Positions 11,079 to 20,594 of a DNA stretch of 64,000 nt are shown piece by piece; the stretch's first letter is position 1; every line of letters starts with the position of its first letter. The notes below the pieces were generated by a model. The model was not told where the DNA came from. It did no database searches and saw only the letters and a program-made list of their open reading frames with translations. The stretch covers positions 96,845-160,844 of the forward strand of contig JABIXC010000007.1 of NCBI GenBank assembly GCA_018666775.1, given 5' to 3'. A program made the position numbers and the translations under genes. Source of the DNA: Rhodospirillales bacterium. Its GTDB lineage: Bacteria; Pseudomonadota; Alphaproteobacteria; SMXQ01.

Positions 11079-12254
11079 TTATGTCACCTTTCCCTGTTCA
11101 GTGACCTTGTCATAAAGCGCACGATATTGATCCGCGATGGCCTTGATCGAGTATTTTTGTTCCATGGCTTGACGGGCATTGCCGCTCAATTTTTCGCGGG
11201 CTTCCTGAGGCAAGCAAAGCAATTCCAACATGGCCCCTGCCAACGCATCGGGATCTTCGGGGACAACAATTTTTCCGTTTTCACCCACGATAGACGCAGA
11301 ATCCCCAACATCTGTGGCCGCCACAGGAATGCCTGTCGCCAATGCTTCTCCGATGGTGTTGGAATACCCTTCCCCAAAGGCTGAAGAGGACACAGCAACA
11401 TCAAGCGATGCCGTCAACCGGGGGATATCATTACGAAGTCCCAACAGATACACAGACCCTGACAAGCCAGCATTCCAGATCAGTTTACGCAAATGAGAAT
11501 TAGTATTTTTGACGCTTGTCCCACACATCACGAATTTCACATTGGGCTGGCGTTCATGTAACAGGGCGGCAGCACGCAAAAAAGTGCGGTGGTCCTTTTG
11601 TGGATTAAATCGAGCGAACAAGCCAACCAATGGCGCATCCAATGGTGCTTCAATCTCTTTTCGAATTGTTTGACGGGCGGCGGGATCTGGATGAAATCGG
11701 CGAAAGTCAAACCCGTTGGGAATGACCGTCAGCTTGTCGGTGCAATAACCCATGGCTTCGTGAATATGGCGGGCCGATTGTGAAACACAAAGAATGCTAT
11801 CTGGCAGCCAGTCCGAAGTCTTCGCGCCCAACCAAGCGGATAAAAAAGCACTTTTTTTACTGTGCCGGGGGTCAAGGTTTGACTGACGCAAGCCCCAAAT
11901 AAGTGGTATTTTTTTGACCCCGGCTGCCGCAGCGATCCCCCCCAGAAAATTAGCATGATACATCCAAGTTTGGATGACATCGGGCTGGGCTGCTATGATT
12001 TTTTTTCTAAGACGGTTTAATTTCCAGAACATACTGGGTCCGACCGACATGCCAAGACTGGTCACCGGAATACCCAATTTGCGAATGGGCGGGCCCATGG
12101 GGCCCGGTTTTGAAAGAGAAATAACCTCCGCGTCGGGAGAACCAGGCCCAGATTCTTTAAACTGCGTCAGCAGCTTTAGAAGCATGGCTTCCGCGCCACC
12201 AGCCTCTAACCCGGTTATGATGTGAAGAACCTTCAAAATGCGCCCAAGCCCCAC
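11079..12254 (-). CDS. Glycosyltransferase family 4 (GT-B)
   Basis: 391 aa. C-terminal 'EGYSNTIGEALATGIPVAATDVGD' E-X7-E motif. Its stop abuts the asnB start. Confidence 0.8.
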   Translation of the reverse strand: MGLGRILKVLHIITGLEAGGAEAMLLKLLTQFKESGPGSPDAEVISLSKPGPMGPPIRKLGIPVTSLGMSVGPSMFWKLNRLRKKIIAAQPDVIQTWMYHANFLGGIAAAAGVKKIPLIWGLRQSNLDPRHSKKSAFLSAWLGAKTSDWLPDSILCVSQSARHIHEAMGYCTDKLTVIPNGFDFRRFHPDPAARQTIRKEIEAPLDAPLVGLFARFNPQKDHRTFLRAAALLHERQPNVKFVMCGTSVKNTNSHLRKLIWNAGLSGSVYLLGLRNDIPRLTASLDVAVSSSAFGEGYSNTIGEALATGIPVAATDVGDSASIVGENGKIVVPEDPDALAGAMLELLCLPQEAREKLSGNARQAMEQKYSIKAIADQYRALYDKVTEQGKVT

Positions 12255-12366
12255 CCAAATCTCAATTGTCTGTTACACGCAGTTAAGCGCTGCGCCAATG
12301 ATTAAGCTTGCGCTTAATCTAAGCCCTGGCGCGGTATTGGACAAGAATTCACCGCTATAAAAAACG

Positions 12367-13053
12367 TTACGCAGCAGTGCTGCCGGTGTCGGTTTCTTTG
12401 CTTTCATCGGCAGCATGGCGTGCCGCACGGGTGCGTCGGGATGGCCGGGGTTTTGCTTTCGGCTTTGGCTTGGCGGCCCCATCATCGGCTGCTTGATCAG
12501 CCCCATCACCATTGTCCGTACCATTTTCCGAAATTTCCCGGATCAGTTCTGATGGAGAGACAATTTTGGCAGCATCTGGCTGATCCCCGTCTTCGGCCCT
12601 ATTGGCCTCAGTTGTTGCAGGCGGCGGTGCGGCTGGTTCGGTAGCACCATTCACCTCAACAGGTGGCTGAGAGGGCTTATTGGGCTGTTGCTGTTGCCCC
12701 TGATTCTGGCCCTGATTCTGATTCTGGCCCTGATTCTGATTCTGGCCCTGATTGGGCTGATTGCCGCGATTGGCCTGATTGGCCTGGTTGGCCTGGTTGG
12801 CCTGCAACTGGGCATTCATGGTTCGGTAGTAATGTTCTGCATGCTGAAAATAGTTTTCAGATGCAACCCGATCCCCTGCCATTTGTGCATCACTGGCCAT
12901 GGCCAAATACTTTTCATAAACCTGGCTCGCGTTGCCGCGCACCCTGCCTTCGGGGCCAGTGGAATCGTAAGAATGGTTTCTGTTGTTGGATGGCTTGTTA
13001 TTGCGACCCTGCTGTCGTCCACGGGGTCTTTTTCCGTTCGATACTTGTCTCAT
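12367..13053 (-). CDS. DUF4167 domain-containing protein with Q/N/G-rich low-complexity tract
   Basis: The conserved alphaproteobacterial N-terminal module is present (MRQ..NGKRPRGR..., then 'VYEKYLAMASDAQMAGDRVASENYFQHAEHYYR'). It sits immediately upstream of prmC, as in Rhizobiales. The start is placed at the internal Met that matches family N-termini. Confidence 0.6.
   Translation of the reverse strand: MRQVSNGKRPRGRQQGRNNKPSNNRNHSYDSTGPEGRVRGNASQVYEKYLAMASDAQMAGDRVASENYFQHAEHYYRTMNAQLQANQANQANQANRGNQPNQGQNQNQGQNQNQGQNQGQQQQPNKPSQPPVEVNGATEPAAPPPATTEANRAEDGDQPDAAKIVSPSELIREISENGTDNGDGADQAADDGAAKPKPKAKPRPSRRTRAARHAADESKETDTGSTAA
12700..12805. repeat. Tandem 18-nt / 9-nt repeats (CTGATTCTGATTCTGGCC x3, then CTGATTGGC variants) encoding (QGQNQN)n
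   Basis: Perfect 18-mer repeated three times, followed by degenerate 9-mers. In frame inside the DUF4167 gene. Confidence 0.85.
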
Positions 13054-13238
13054 GCGGTATGACAACTTTTTTTGTGGTTGTGAGTTATCTGACTTGTTGG
13101 CTCCCCTCACCTTCGGCATTACTTAAGGTTTTGCCGAAACAACCCAGACCCCAATTCGGATCCGGTGCCGCCACAATGTGGCTAGACTTTCCAGGATGGG
13201 AGCGGCGCACCCAGTGCGCGTACTCAACGTCCGCAAAA

Positions 13239-14162
13239 CTAGACGGGAATCCCCGCTTTTCCAACCTTTTTTTTCACTTTTATTCCCCCCGGCTCTACCC
13301 CACGGTTTTCAAGGGGGTTTATAAGGGAAAGTGCCCTTTCAATGCCTGCCAGATCAGCCCGTGAGCGGTGCGCAACAAGACCGAATTCTTCAAATATCGC
13401 CCTGACAGGCCCCCCTTGGCCCGCACCCAATTCGATAACCGAAACCCCGGATGGGCCTAAAAGGTCGCGTATTTGCGGGGCAATGGCACGGTAAGCATCC
13501 AAGCCCTCCGGGCCTGCAAACAAAGCACGCGCCGGATCATGGTCGCGCACATCGGCCGCCAAAAGGTCGCGATCCCCGTCTGCAATATAGGGCGGATTGG
13601 AAACAATCAGATCGAATGGACCATCAAGTCCCTCACCCCAATTCCCGCATTGGAACCGAACCCTGCCATCAAGGCCAAGCGCTTTGGCATTGGTCTCGGC
13701 AATTCTGAGAGCCCCTTCGGCACAATCGATGCCAAGGCCAACCGCATTGGGGTATTCCGACAACAAGGCCAACAGCAAACAACCACTTCCTGTCCCAAGA
13801 TCAAGGATGGAAAATGTTCGGTCATGATCTTGAATTTCTGCCTCAACGGACTCGACCAACGTTTCCGTTTCTGGTCTTGGCACCAGGGTATCGGGACCAA
13901 GGGAGAATGAAAGGCTCCAAAATTCCCGTTCGTTGATAATTCTGGCAACCGGTTCATGGGCCAAACGACGATCAACGGCATTGTTAAATTTTTTGATGTC
14001 GCCAGACACAATTTCCATATCGGGATGGGCCACCATTGCTTCGCGAGCCAACCCAAGAACCCCAGAAGCCAATGCCCTTGCCTCCATGCGGGGGCCTTCG
14101 AACCCGCCAGCGGCAAAAGCCGCACTGGCATTTTGCAAAAGGGCTTCCAGGGATTGTGTCAT
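13239..14162 (-). CDS. prmC: Peptide chain release factor N5-glutamine methyltransferase
   Basis: 307 aa. 'DLGTGSGCL' SAM motif and 'NPPY' substrate motif. 4-nt overlap with prfA. Confidence 0.85.
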   Translation of the reverse strand: MTQSLEALLQNASAAFAAGGFEGPRMEARALASGVLGLAREAMVAHPDMEIVSGDIKKFNNAVDRRLAHEPVARIINEREFWSLSFSLGPDTLVPRPETETLVESVEAEIQDHDRTFSILDLGTGSGCLLLALLSEYPNAVGLGIDCAEGALRIAETNAKALGLDGRVRFQCGNWGEGLDGPFDLIVSNPPYIADGDRDLLAADVRDHDPARALFAGPEGLDAYRAIAPQIRDLLGPSGVSVIELGAGQGGPVRAIFEEFGLVAHRSRADLAGIERALSLINPLENRGVEPGGIKVKKKVGKAGIPV

Positions 14163-15271
14163 TTCAAGGCGGCCAACCGGCTGGCCTGATCTTCGGCAAT
14201 CAGGGTTTCAATCACTTCATCCAGCCCTTCACCAACAATGATCCGGTCCAGCTTGTGCAGGGTCAGGCCGATCCGATGATCGGTGACCCGCCCTTGGGGA
14301 TAATTATAGGTGCGGATGCGTTCAGATCGATCCCCCGTCCCCACCTGGGATTTACGATCTGCGGCGCGTTCGTCATCGCGAAGCTGGCGCATATGATCAT
14401 AAAGACGGGCGCGCAAAATTTTCATCGCTTTAGCCCGGTTCTTGTGCTGCGATTTTTCATCCTGCTGGGACACCACAATGCCCGTTGGCAAATGGGTGAT
14501 GCGCACGGCAGAATCCGTTGTGTTCACCGATTGCCCGCCGGGGCCAGATGCCCGAAACACATCAATCCGCAATTCCTTTTCATTGATGTCCACGTCCACT
14601 TCTTCGGCTTCTGGTAAAACAGCAACGGTGGCCGCAGAGGTATGGATGCGGCCCTGGGTTTCGGTTTGGGGCACCCTTTGAACCCGGTGGACCCCGGATT
14701 CAAATTTCAACCGCGAAAACACGCCATTGCCCGATATCGATGCCGTTGCATCCTTATAGCCACCCCGGTCTGTTTCTGATGTTTCCATCACTTCAAACTT
14801 CCAGCCACGAAGTTCGGCATAGCGCTGATACATTCGGAACAAATCGCCGGCAAACAATGCCGCTTCGTCACCGCCGGTTCCGGCCCGTACTTCTAGAATT
14901 GCATTTCGCTCATCGGCTTCATCCCGGGGCAACAATGACAATTTAATGGCATCTTCAAGGGTGGGGATGCGCTGTTTAAGCGCTTCGAACTCACCTTCGG
15001 CCATTTTGCGAAGATCATCATCTTCGCCCGCATCGGCAATCATGGTCGCCAGTTCGGAAATTTCAGCTGTGGCTTCCTTCCATTCCCCAATGCGTTCCAC
15101 AACGTCTGAAAGATCCGAATATTCCTTTGAAAGCCGGACCAGTTCAGTGGACGGCAATTCGGCACTATCGGCAAGCTGATCCGCAATCCCGGCATGATGC
15201 GCCAATACCTGATCCAGCTTTTCTTCAAATGCCGGTCGCGTTGACCCTGTTTTTTTATTGTCCACACTCAC
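14159..15271 (-). CDS. prfA: Peptide chain release factor 1
   Basis: 370 aa. GGQ motif '[26 protein letters not shown]'. 'PET' tripeptide anticodon motif ([13 protein letters not shown]), characteristic of RF1 rather than RF2. Confidence 0.95.
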   Translation of the reverse strand: MSVDNKKTGSTRPAFEEKLDQVLAHHAGIADQLADSAELPSTELVRLSKEYSDLSDVVERIGEWKEATAEISELATMIADAGEDDDLRKMAEGEFEALKQRIPTLEDAIKLSLLPRDEADERNAILEVRAGTGGDEAALFAGDLFRMYQRYAELRGWKFEVMETSETDRGGYKDATASISGNGVFSRLKFESGVHRVQRVPQTETQGRIHTSAATVAVLPEAEEVDVDINEKELRIDVFRASGPGGQSVNTTDSAVRITHLPTGIVVSQQDEKSQHKNRAKAMKILRARLYDHMRQLRDDERAADRKSQVGTGDRSERIRTYNYPQGRVTDHRIGLTLHKLDRIIVGEGLDEVIETLIAEDQASRLAALK

Positions 15272-15301
15272 GCGTTCTCTCCTTAGGCCCTGCAGGCCTT
15301 T

Positions 15302-16603
15302 CTAATCTTTGTCTTTTTCAAGGCCAAAAAGCCTGGAAAGCAGCTCGGCTTCGGGAAGGGATTCCCCATCATCGACAGAACCACCCATTTTCCGAAGGGC
15401 CCGGTATGGGCCATGTAACAGGCGGTTAATTAACAGCTGCGTTGCCTCTTGGGCAGTGACGTCCGGATTTTCCGCCAAAATTTCAGCGCGCATGGCTTCA
15501 AAATGGCCTCGAAGCGCCACCACCAAAGGGGCCGCCATGCGAACCGCTTCGGCTTGCATGAAATTTTCAACCGCGTCATCAACAATCAAACGCGCCTCAA
15601 TGGCGGCACGGGTTCTTTGCTCTTGGCCCTTGAGCGCAATGCGCTCCAGATCATCAAGGGTAAAAAGATAGGCGCCATCAAGTTTCCCCACGGCACTGTC
15701 TACATCCTTTGGCACGGCGGCATCCAGAAAAAACATCGGCTTAAACCGGCGTTTTTTCAAAGCACCCGAAACGGAACTGGCCATGATGATGGGTTGTGCA
15801 CTGCCGAGCCCTGATAGAACAATGTCGGTTTCCGCCAAAACATCACCGATTTCGGCCATCCCCAGCACATGCGCCCCAAGGCGCCGGGACAGGGCATCGG
15901 CCCGAGGGGCCAACACATCCACAACCGTTATATGACGCAACCCCTGAAGGCGTAATTTTTCCACGACCGGAACATTGATATCCCCGGCACCGATCAAGAG
16001 CGCATGGGCATCTTCATAATGGCCCACGACATCCCGTGCTGCCTGACACGCCGCAGCCGCCAGGGAAACGGCACTTTCACCAATCGTCGTTTCCGTGCGC
16101 ACCTGTTTGGCAACGACATAAGAGCGTTCAAAAATTCTTTTTAAACCCGAACCAAGACACCCCGCACCATCCGCTTGGCGCTGGGCTTCTTTGACCTGAC
16201 CCAGAACCTCCGATTCCCCCACCACCTGGCTTTCAAGGGAGGCCGATATTGCAAAAAGATGAGAAAGGGCATGGGGGCCTGAAAGGCTAAAACTGCCGTC
16301 GTTCAATTCAGCCGCAGCCATCCCCGTGGTCGCTGCAAAAACGGTCCTAAGGCGCTGCTCCACACTGGTTGGGTCCATATCAAGGGCAACAATTTCAACC
16401 CGGTCACACGTCGAAAGCACCACCACATTCCCAAAACCGGCCGCAATTAAACGGCTATAGAATGCTCCCAGCGCATCTTCAGGGATAAACAATTGGTCCC
16501 GCAATCCCTGACTGGCGGTGTTGTGATTGAACCCGACAACAACCAATTGATCAAAGATGGTGTCTATTGGGGCGTTAGTTGCAGAATCGCTGCTGGATGC
16601 CAT
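15302..16603 (-). CDS. hemA: Glutamyl-tRNA reductase
   Basis: Catalytic-Cys motif 'LSTCDRVE'. 'HLFAISASLESQVVGESEVLGQVK' matches the GluTR signature. NADPH-binding 'IGAGD'. The start is set at the internal Met just downstream of the hisS stop. The longer ORF would overlap hisS by about 50 nt. Confidence 0.75.
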   Translation of the reverse strand: MASSSDSATNAPIDTIFDQLVVVGFNHNTASQGLRDQLFIPEDALGAFYSRLIAAGFGNVVVLSTCDRVEIVALDMDPTSVEQRLRTVFAATTGMAAAELNDGSFSLSGPHALSHLFAISASLESQVVGESEVLGQVKEAQRQADGAGCLGSGLKRIFERSYVVAKQVRTETTIGESAVSLAAAACQAARDVVGHYEDAHALLIGAGDINVPVVEKLRLQGLRHITVVDVLAPRADALSRRLGAHVLGMAEIGDVLAETDIVLSGLGSAQPIIMASSVSGALKKRRFKPMFFLDAAVPKDVDSAVGKLDGAYLFTLDDLERIALKGQEQRTRAAIEARLIVDDAVENFMQAEAVRMAAPLVVALRGHFEAMRAEILAENPDVTAQEATQLLINRLLHGPYRALRKMGGSVDDGESLPEAELLSRLFGLEKDKD

Positions 16604-16628
16604 AGCGTCTCTTTTCCGGGCCAATCCC

Positions 16629-17879
16629 TTATCCGGGAACTTTGGGGGCAAGCCGTTCAAGCAACCCATCAAGGGCAATTTCGGTTTGTTCGCCTGAATC
16701 CATATCGCGCAGTGTTGCTACGTTTCGGGCCAATTCATCTTCGCCCAGGATCAGCACATATGCCGCATTAAGCCGGTTTGCCCGTTTCATGCGACGGCCA
16801 AGATTGCCTGAAAACCCAAGCTCCACCGCACATCCACCGTGGCGCAATTGATGGGTGATTTTAAGGGCTTCGGCCTCTGCCTCTGCGCCAAGGGGAATGA
16901 CCACGATGGGGCGCGGCATTTCTGCGCTGCCCTCTACCAACATGGCCAAACGTTCAATGCCCGCAGCCCAGCCGACGCCCGGCGTTGCAGGCCCCCCCAT
17001 GGTTTTCACCAACCCGTCATACCGCCCGCCGGCCAATACCGTGCCTTGGGCCCCGAGCGCATCGGTGGTGAATTCAAACGCCGTGTGACAGTAATAATCA
17101 AGCCCGCGCACCAGTCTTGGGTTGAGGCTGTATTGAATAGAAAGCGCATCCAACCCTTCGCGAACCGTTGCAAAGAAATCAGCTGCTTCGGCGCTTAAGT
17201 GATCATCAAAGACCGGTGCATCCGCAACGATGCGTTTGTCGCCTTCATTTTTTGAATCAAGAATGCGCAACGGATTGCGTTCCAATCTGGCCTGGCTGTC
17301 TTCAGACAGATCATTTTTATAATCGGAAAAATAGGCAACCAAAACATCCCGGTACGCCGTGCGACTGGCCTGATCCCCAAGGGTATTTATTTCCAGAACC
17401 GTTTTATCCAATATCCCCAGATTTTCCAGAACATGCGCCCCAAGCGAGATCACCTCTACATCCCCCAGAGGGGTAGGCACCCCAAGAAGTTCAACGCCAA
17501 TCTGGTGGAATTGACGCAACCGGCCTTTTTGGGGGCGTTCATGGCGAAACATGGGCCCATGATAAAAGAACTTCAACGGCAGGCTTTGGCCCAAACCGCC
17601 CGAAATCAACGCCCGGGCAATCCCCGCCGTGCCTTCGGGACGCAACGTTAGCTGATCGTCGGAACGATCCGTAAACGTGTACATCTCCTTGGTAACAATA
17701 TCGGAGGTATCCCCAAGGGTGCGCTTGAACACTTCGGTGAATTCAAAAATTGGCGTCGCCATTTCCTGATACCCGTAATGCGCACCAAGATCACGCGCCG
17801 TCTCTACGATGTAGCGGTGGCGCAGGCTCTGTTCGGGCAGAATATCGTGGGTGCCGCGAACCGGCTGTAATCCAGACAT
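16629..17879 (-). CDS. hisS: Histidine--tRNA ligase
   Basis: 416 aa. Class II aaRS motifs. The N-terminus 'LQPVRGTHDILPE' is typical of HisRS. Confidence 0.9.
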   Translation of the reverse strand: MSGLQPVRGTHDILPEQSLRHRYIVETARDLGAHYGYQEMATPIFEFTEVFKRTLGDTSDIVTKEMYTFTDRSDDQLTLRPEGTAGIARALISGGLGQSLPLKFFYHGPMFRHERPQKGRLRQFHQIGVELLGVPTPLGDVEVISLGAHVLENLGILDKTVLEINTLGDQASRTAYRDVLVAYFSDYKNDLSEDSQARLERNPLRILDSKNEGDKRIVADAPVFDDHLSAEAADFFATVREGLDALSIQYSLNPRLVRGLDYYCHTAFEFTTDALGAQGTVLAGGRYDGLVKTMGGPATPGVGWAAGIERLAMLVEGSAEMPRPIVVIPLGAEAEAEALKITHQLRHGGCAVELGFSGNLGRRMKRANRLNAAYVLILGEDELARNVATLRDMDSGEQTEIALDGLLERLAPKVPG

Positions 17880-17891
17880 ATATCCCGCCCC

Positions 17892-19058
17892 TTAACCTGT
17901 TGCCTTGGCCGAACCGGCCGCAGCATTATTCTTTGATTTGTTCTTCAAAACCGTATCTTCCGTTTCTTTATCAATTTTTATAGCGCGGGCCTCAACCAAT
18001 TCAACAATGTGATCGATTAATTCCACTTCGGAAATTTTGTGATCCGGCGTGCCCGCCATGAAAACCATATGGGTGCCATTGCCACCCCCGGTCAGGCCGA
18101 TATCGGTTTCCCGTGCCTCACCCGGACCATTCACCACACAGCCAATGATCGATACTGTCATGGGGGCCGTGACATGGGCCAAGCGTTCTTCCAATTTTGC
18201 CACCGTCTCAATCACCTGAAATTGCTGACGGGCACAACTGGGACAAGCAATGATGGTGACCCCCTTGTGACGCAGGCCCAGGGATTTCAGAATTTCAAAG
18301 CCCGCGTGAACTTCTTCTACAGGGTCTGCTGCCAGGGAAACCCGGATGGTGTCGCCGATCCCGGCACGCAACAACCCGCCAATGCCAATGGCCGATTTGA
18401 TGGTACCTGTGCGCAAGCCCCCGGCCTCTGTAACGCCAAGGTGAAGGGGGTAATCACACAGTGCGGCCAGTTGTTCATAAGATTTCATGGCCAGAAAAAC
18501 ATCCGATGCCTTGACCGAAATTTTAAAATCAAAAAAATCATTGTCTTCAAGAATGCGCATATGATTTTGAGCACTTTCTACCAATGCCTCTGGACAGGGT
18601 TCCCCATATTTTTCCAGGATGTCGCGTTCCAGCGATCCCCCATTAACCCCAATCCGGATGGAACAGCCATGATCCTTGGCCGCCTTGATCACTTCGCGCA
18701 CACGGTCCGGTGACCCAATGTTGCCGGGATTAATGCGCAGGCACGCCGCCCCGGCATCGGCCGCTTCGATGGCGCGCTTATAGTGGAAGTGGATATCGGC
18801 GACGATGGGAACATCGACCGCATTGATGATGGCGCCAAGTGCGGCTGATGATTCTTCATCGGGGCATGAAATGCGGACAATATCGGCACCCGCCGCTTCC
18901 AATTGGCGAACCTGGGCAATGGTCGCTTCAATGTCCGTGGTCGCCGTGTTGGTCATGGACTGGACGCTTATGGGCGCATCCCCGCCAACGGCAACAGACC
19001 CGACATGGACTTGCCGGGTTTTGCGTCGATTAATTTCACGATAAGGCCGAATGCTCAT
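17892..19058 (-). CDS. ispG: 4-hydroxy-3-methylbut-2-enyl diphosphate synthase (flavodoxin)
   Basis: '[28 protein letters not shown]' is a hallmark IspG/GcpE N-terminus. C-terminal Cys triad (CPSC...C). Confidence 0.9.
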   Translation of the reverse strand: MSIRPYREINRRKTRQVHVGSVAVGGDAPISVQSMTNTATTDIEATIAQVRQLEAAGADIVRISCPDEESSAALGAIINAVDVPIVADIHFHYKRAIEAADAGAACLRINPGNIGSPDRVREVIKAAKDHGCSIRIGVNGGSLERDILEKYGEPCPEALVESAQNHMRILEDNDFFDFKISVKASDVFLAMKSYEQLAALCDYPLHLGVTEAGGLRTGTIKSAIGIGGLLRAGIGDTIRVSLAADPVEEVHAGFEILKSLGLRHKGVTIIACPSCARQQFQVIETVAKLEERLAHVTAPMTVSIIGCVVNGPGEARETDIGLTGGGNGTHMVFMAGTPDHKISEVELIDHIVELVEARAIKIDKETEDTVLKNKSKNNAAAGSAKATG

Positions 19059-19187
19059 GATAAGTCCCAAATCGGGGGGCAAAATAAAATGCAATTATGA
19101 TGGCTCTATAACTGCGCCCTTGAGATAAAAAAATCAAGGAACCCCCCGGTATTAGACCACAAAACTGCCAGGGGTATGGGAGAAACC

Positions 19188-20456
19188 CTAAGGTGCGGGG
19201 GCCGGGCCTTTACGCAGATTATCAGCATCCAGTGAAACACCGCGACGCACCGCCCCAAAGGGACCAATGGGCGGAACAACCGTCCCATCAACCAGAATTT
19301 CAAGCGCGCCCGCGTTCCCGGTCATCAGCTGAAGCCCTTTTGTCGGGGGAACCGCATAGGAATCACCGGCACGCAGGATGCGGGTCATCACTAAATTCCC
19401 GGACTCATTGCGGATTTGAATCCAGCTATCCGTCTTCGCCCGCACGACAATCTTTGAAGAAACCTCAACTGGCACCACAGCCGGAATCTGGGCAGGGGTT
19501 TTGGGTTTTACCGATGCCACGGCCGGTGCCGGGATAGCCTTTTCAGCCACGGCCTTTTCAGCCGCAGCTTTCTCGGCGGCGGCCTTTTTAGCCACAGCTT
19601 TTTCAACCACAGCCTTTTCAGCGGCAGCCTTTTCTATGGCGATTTTCTCGGCGACAGCTTTCTCAGCAGCAGCCTTATCTACGGCAATTTTCTCGGCGAT
19701 CGCTTTTTCGGCTGCGGCTTTATCAACAGCGATTTTTTCCGCAACGGCCTTTTCTGCGGCGGCTTTATCAACAGCGATTTTCTCCGCCGCAGCTTTTTCA
19801 GCGGCAGCTTTATCAACAGCGATTTTCTCCGCAGCTGCCTTTTCGACAGCACCATTTTGGGTGGCTGACTTTTTCACTTCAGGCTTCGCAGCTTTTGGCT
19901 TTTCGGCTTTGGGTTTTTCAGCGATCGTTTTGGGCACTTCCGGCACAATATTGGCCGTCCCCGAACCGCCGATATTCAAAGAATACCAAAGCCCATACGC
20001 CGTCCCTGCCAGAACCAGAGAAACAAGAATGATCCCACCACGGGGAATGCGACTTTCCGAAACCGGTTCCGGAAAAACAAGATCCGATTGAGGGACAGCC
20101 CCTGCAAGCTCCTTTTTGAAAAGGCGCACGGCTTCTTCACCATTAAGACCCAAATATTCGGCATAACTGCGAAGGAATCCGATGGCATATGCCGGACCTG
20201 GCAAACTGTCCAAATCATCCCGTTCCAAAGCATCAAGATAAGATTCCCTGATCCGAAGGGTGCCGGCCACATCGCTAAGTGCCAGATGGTTGGCCTCACG
20301 GCAATTGCGCAAAAGTTCGCCGACCAGCGCCTTGCCCTCATGGACAAGTTCAAATCCATCGGGCCGTTCAGAAATATCGACGTCTTCCCCATCACCCGGG
20401 GCACCAGATGCCGGTTTTCCGAATAAAGACCCTTTTTTCTTAACTGGCTTCGCCAT
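19188..20456 (-). CDS. rodZ: RodZ-like cytoskeleton protein (XRE HTH + TM + AEK-rich repeat linker + C-terminal DUF4115)
   Basis: Start Met confirmed at 20454-20456 (ATGGCGAAGCCAGTT). HTH '[30 protein letters not shown]', then a single TM helix, then about 100 aa of ([15 protein letters not shown])n, then a conserved C-terminal domain. The gene order rodZ-ispG-hisS is the same as in E. coli. Confidence 0.65.
   Translation of the reverse strand: MAKPVKKKGSLFGKPASGAPGDGEDVDISERPDGFELVHEGKALVGELLRNCREANHLALSDVAGTLRIRESYLDALERDDLDSLPGPAYAIGFLRSYAEYLGLNGEEAVRLFKKELAGAVPQSDLVFPEPVSESRIPRGGIILVSLVLAGTAYGLWYSLNIGGSGTANIVPEVPKTIAEKPKAEKPKAAKPEVKKSATQNGAVEKAAAEKIAVDKAAAEKAAAEKIAVDKAAAEKAVAEKIAVDKAAAEKAIAEKIAVDKAAAEKAVAEKIAIEKAAAEKAVVEKAVAKKAAAEKAAAEKAVAEKAIPAPAVASVKPKTPAQIPAVVPVEVSSKIVVRAKTDSWIQIRNESGNLVMTRILRAGDSYAVPPTKGLQLMTGNAGALEILVDGTVVPPIGPFGAVRRGVSLDADNLRKGPAPAP
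19540..19870. repeat. 45-nt tandem repeat array (about 6 copies, with a 15-nt pentapeptide sub-period) encoding [15 protein letters not shown]
   Basis: Repeat starts at about 19641, 19684, 19729, 19773 and 19818, plus degenerate flanking copies. In frame in the rodZ-like gene, so it is not a CRISPR array (no unique spacers). Confidence 0.85.
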
Positions 20457-20594
20457 ATCACCCTTTCGCGGGAATGAGCACCCAACCTGAAACGCAATGC
20501 CTTGCTTACGCCCGCCAGGAAAATAATTCGTTAACCTATAAAAAGCTTTGTTAACAAATATTTGCACCAAAGCCAATGGGATTCCCCAATGCTA

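Noticed and set aside
12284-12317. Inverted repeat TTAAGCGC...GCGCTTAA between the GT4 and DUF4167 genes as an intrinsic terminator
   Set aside because: No U-rich tract follows in the correct orientation for either flanking gene. It may be a protein-binding palindrome, but the evidence is too weak.
19540-19870. Regularly spaced 45-nt repeats that could be mistaken for a CRISPR array
   Set aside because: The repeats are contiguous with no unique spacers. They lie in frame inside a long ORF (RodZ-like) and encode an AEK-rich peptide repeat. No cas genes are nearby.
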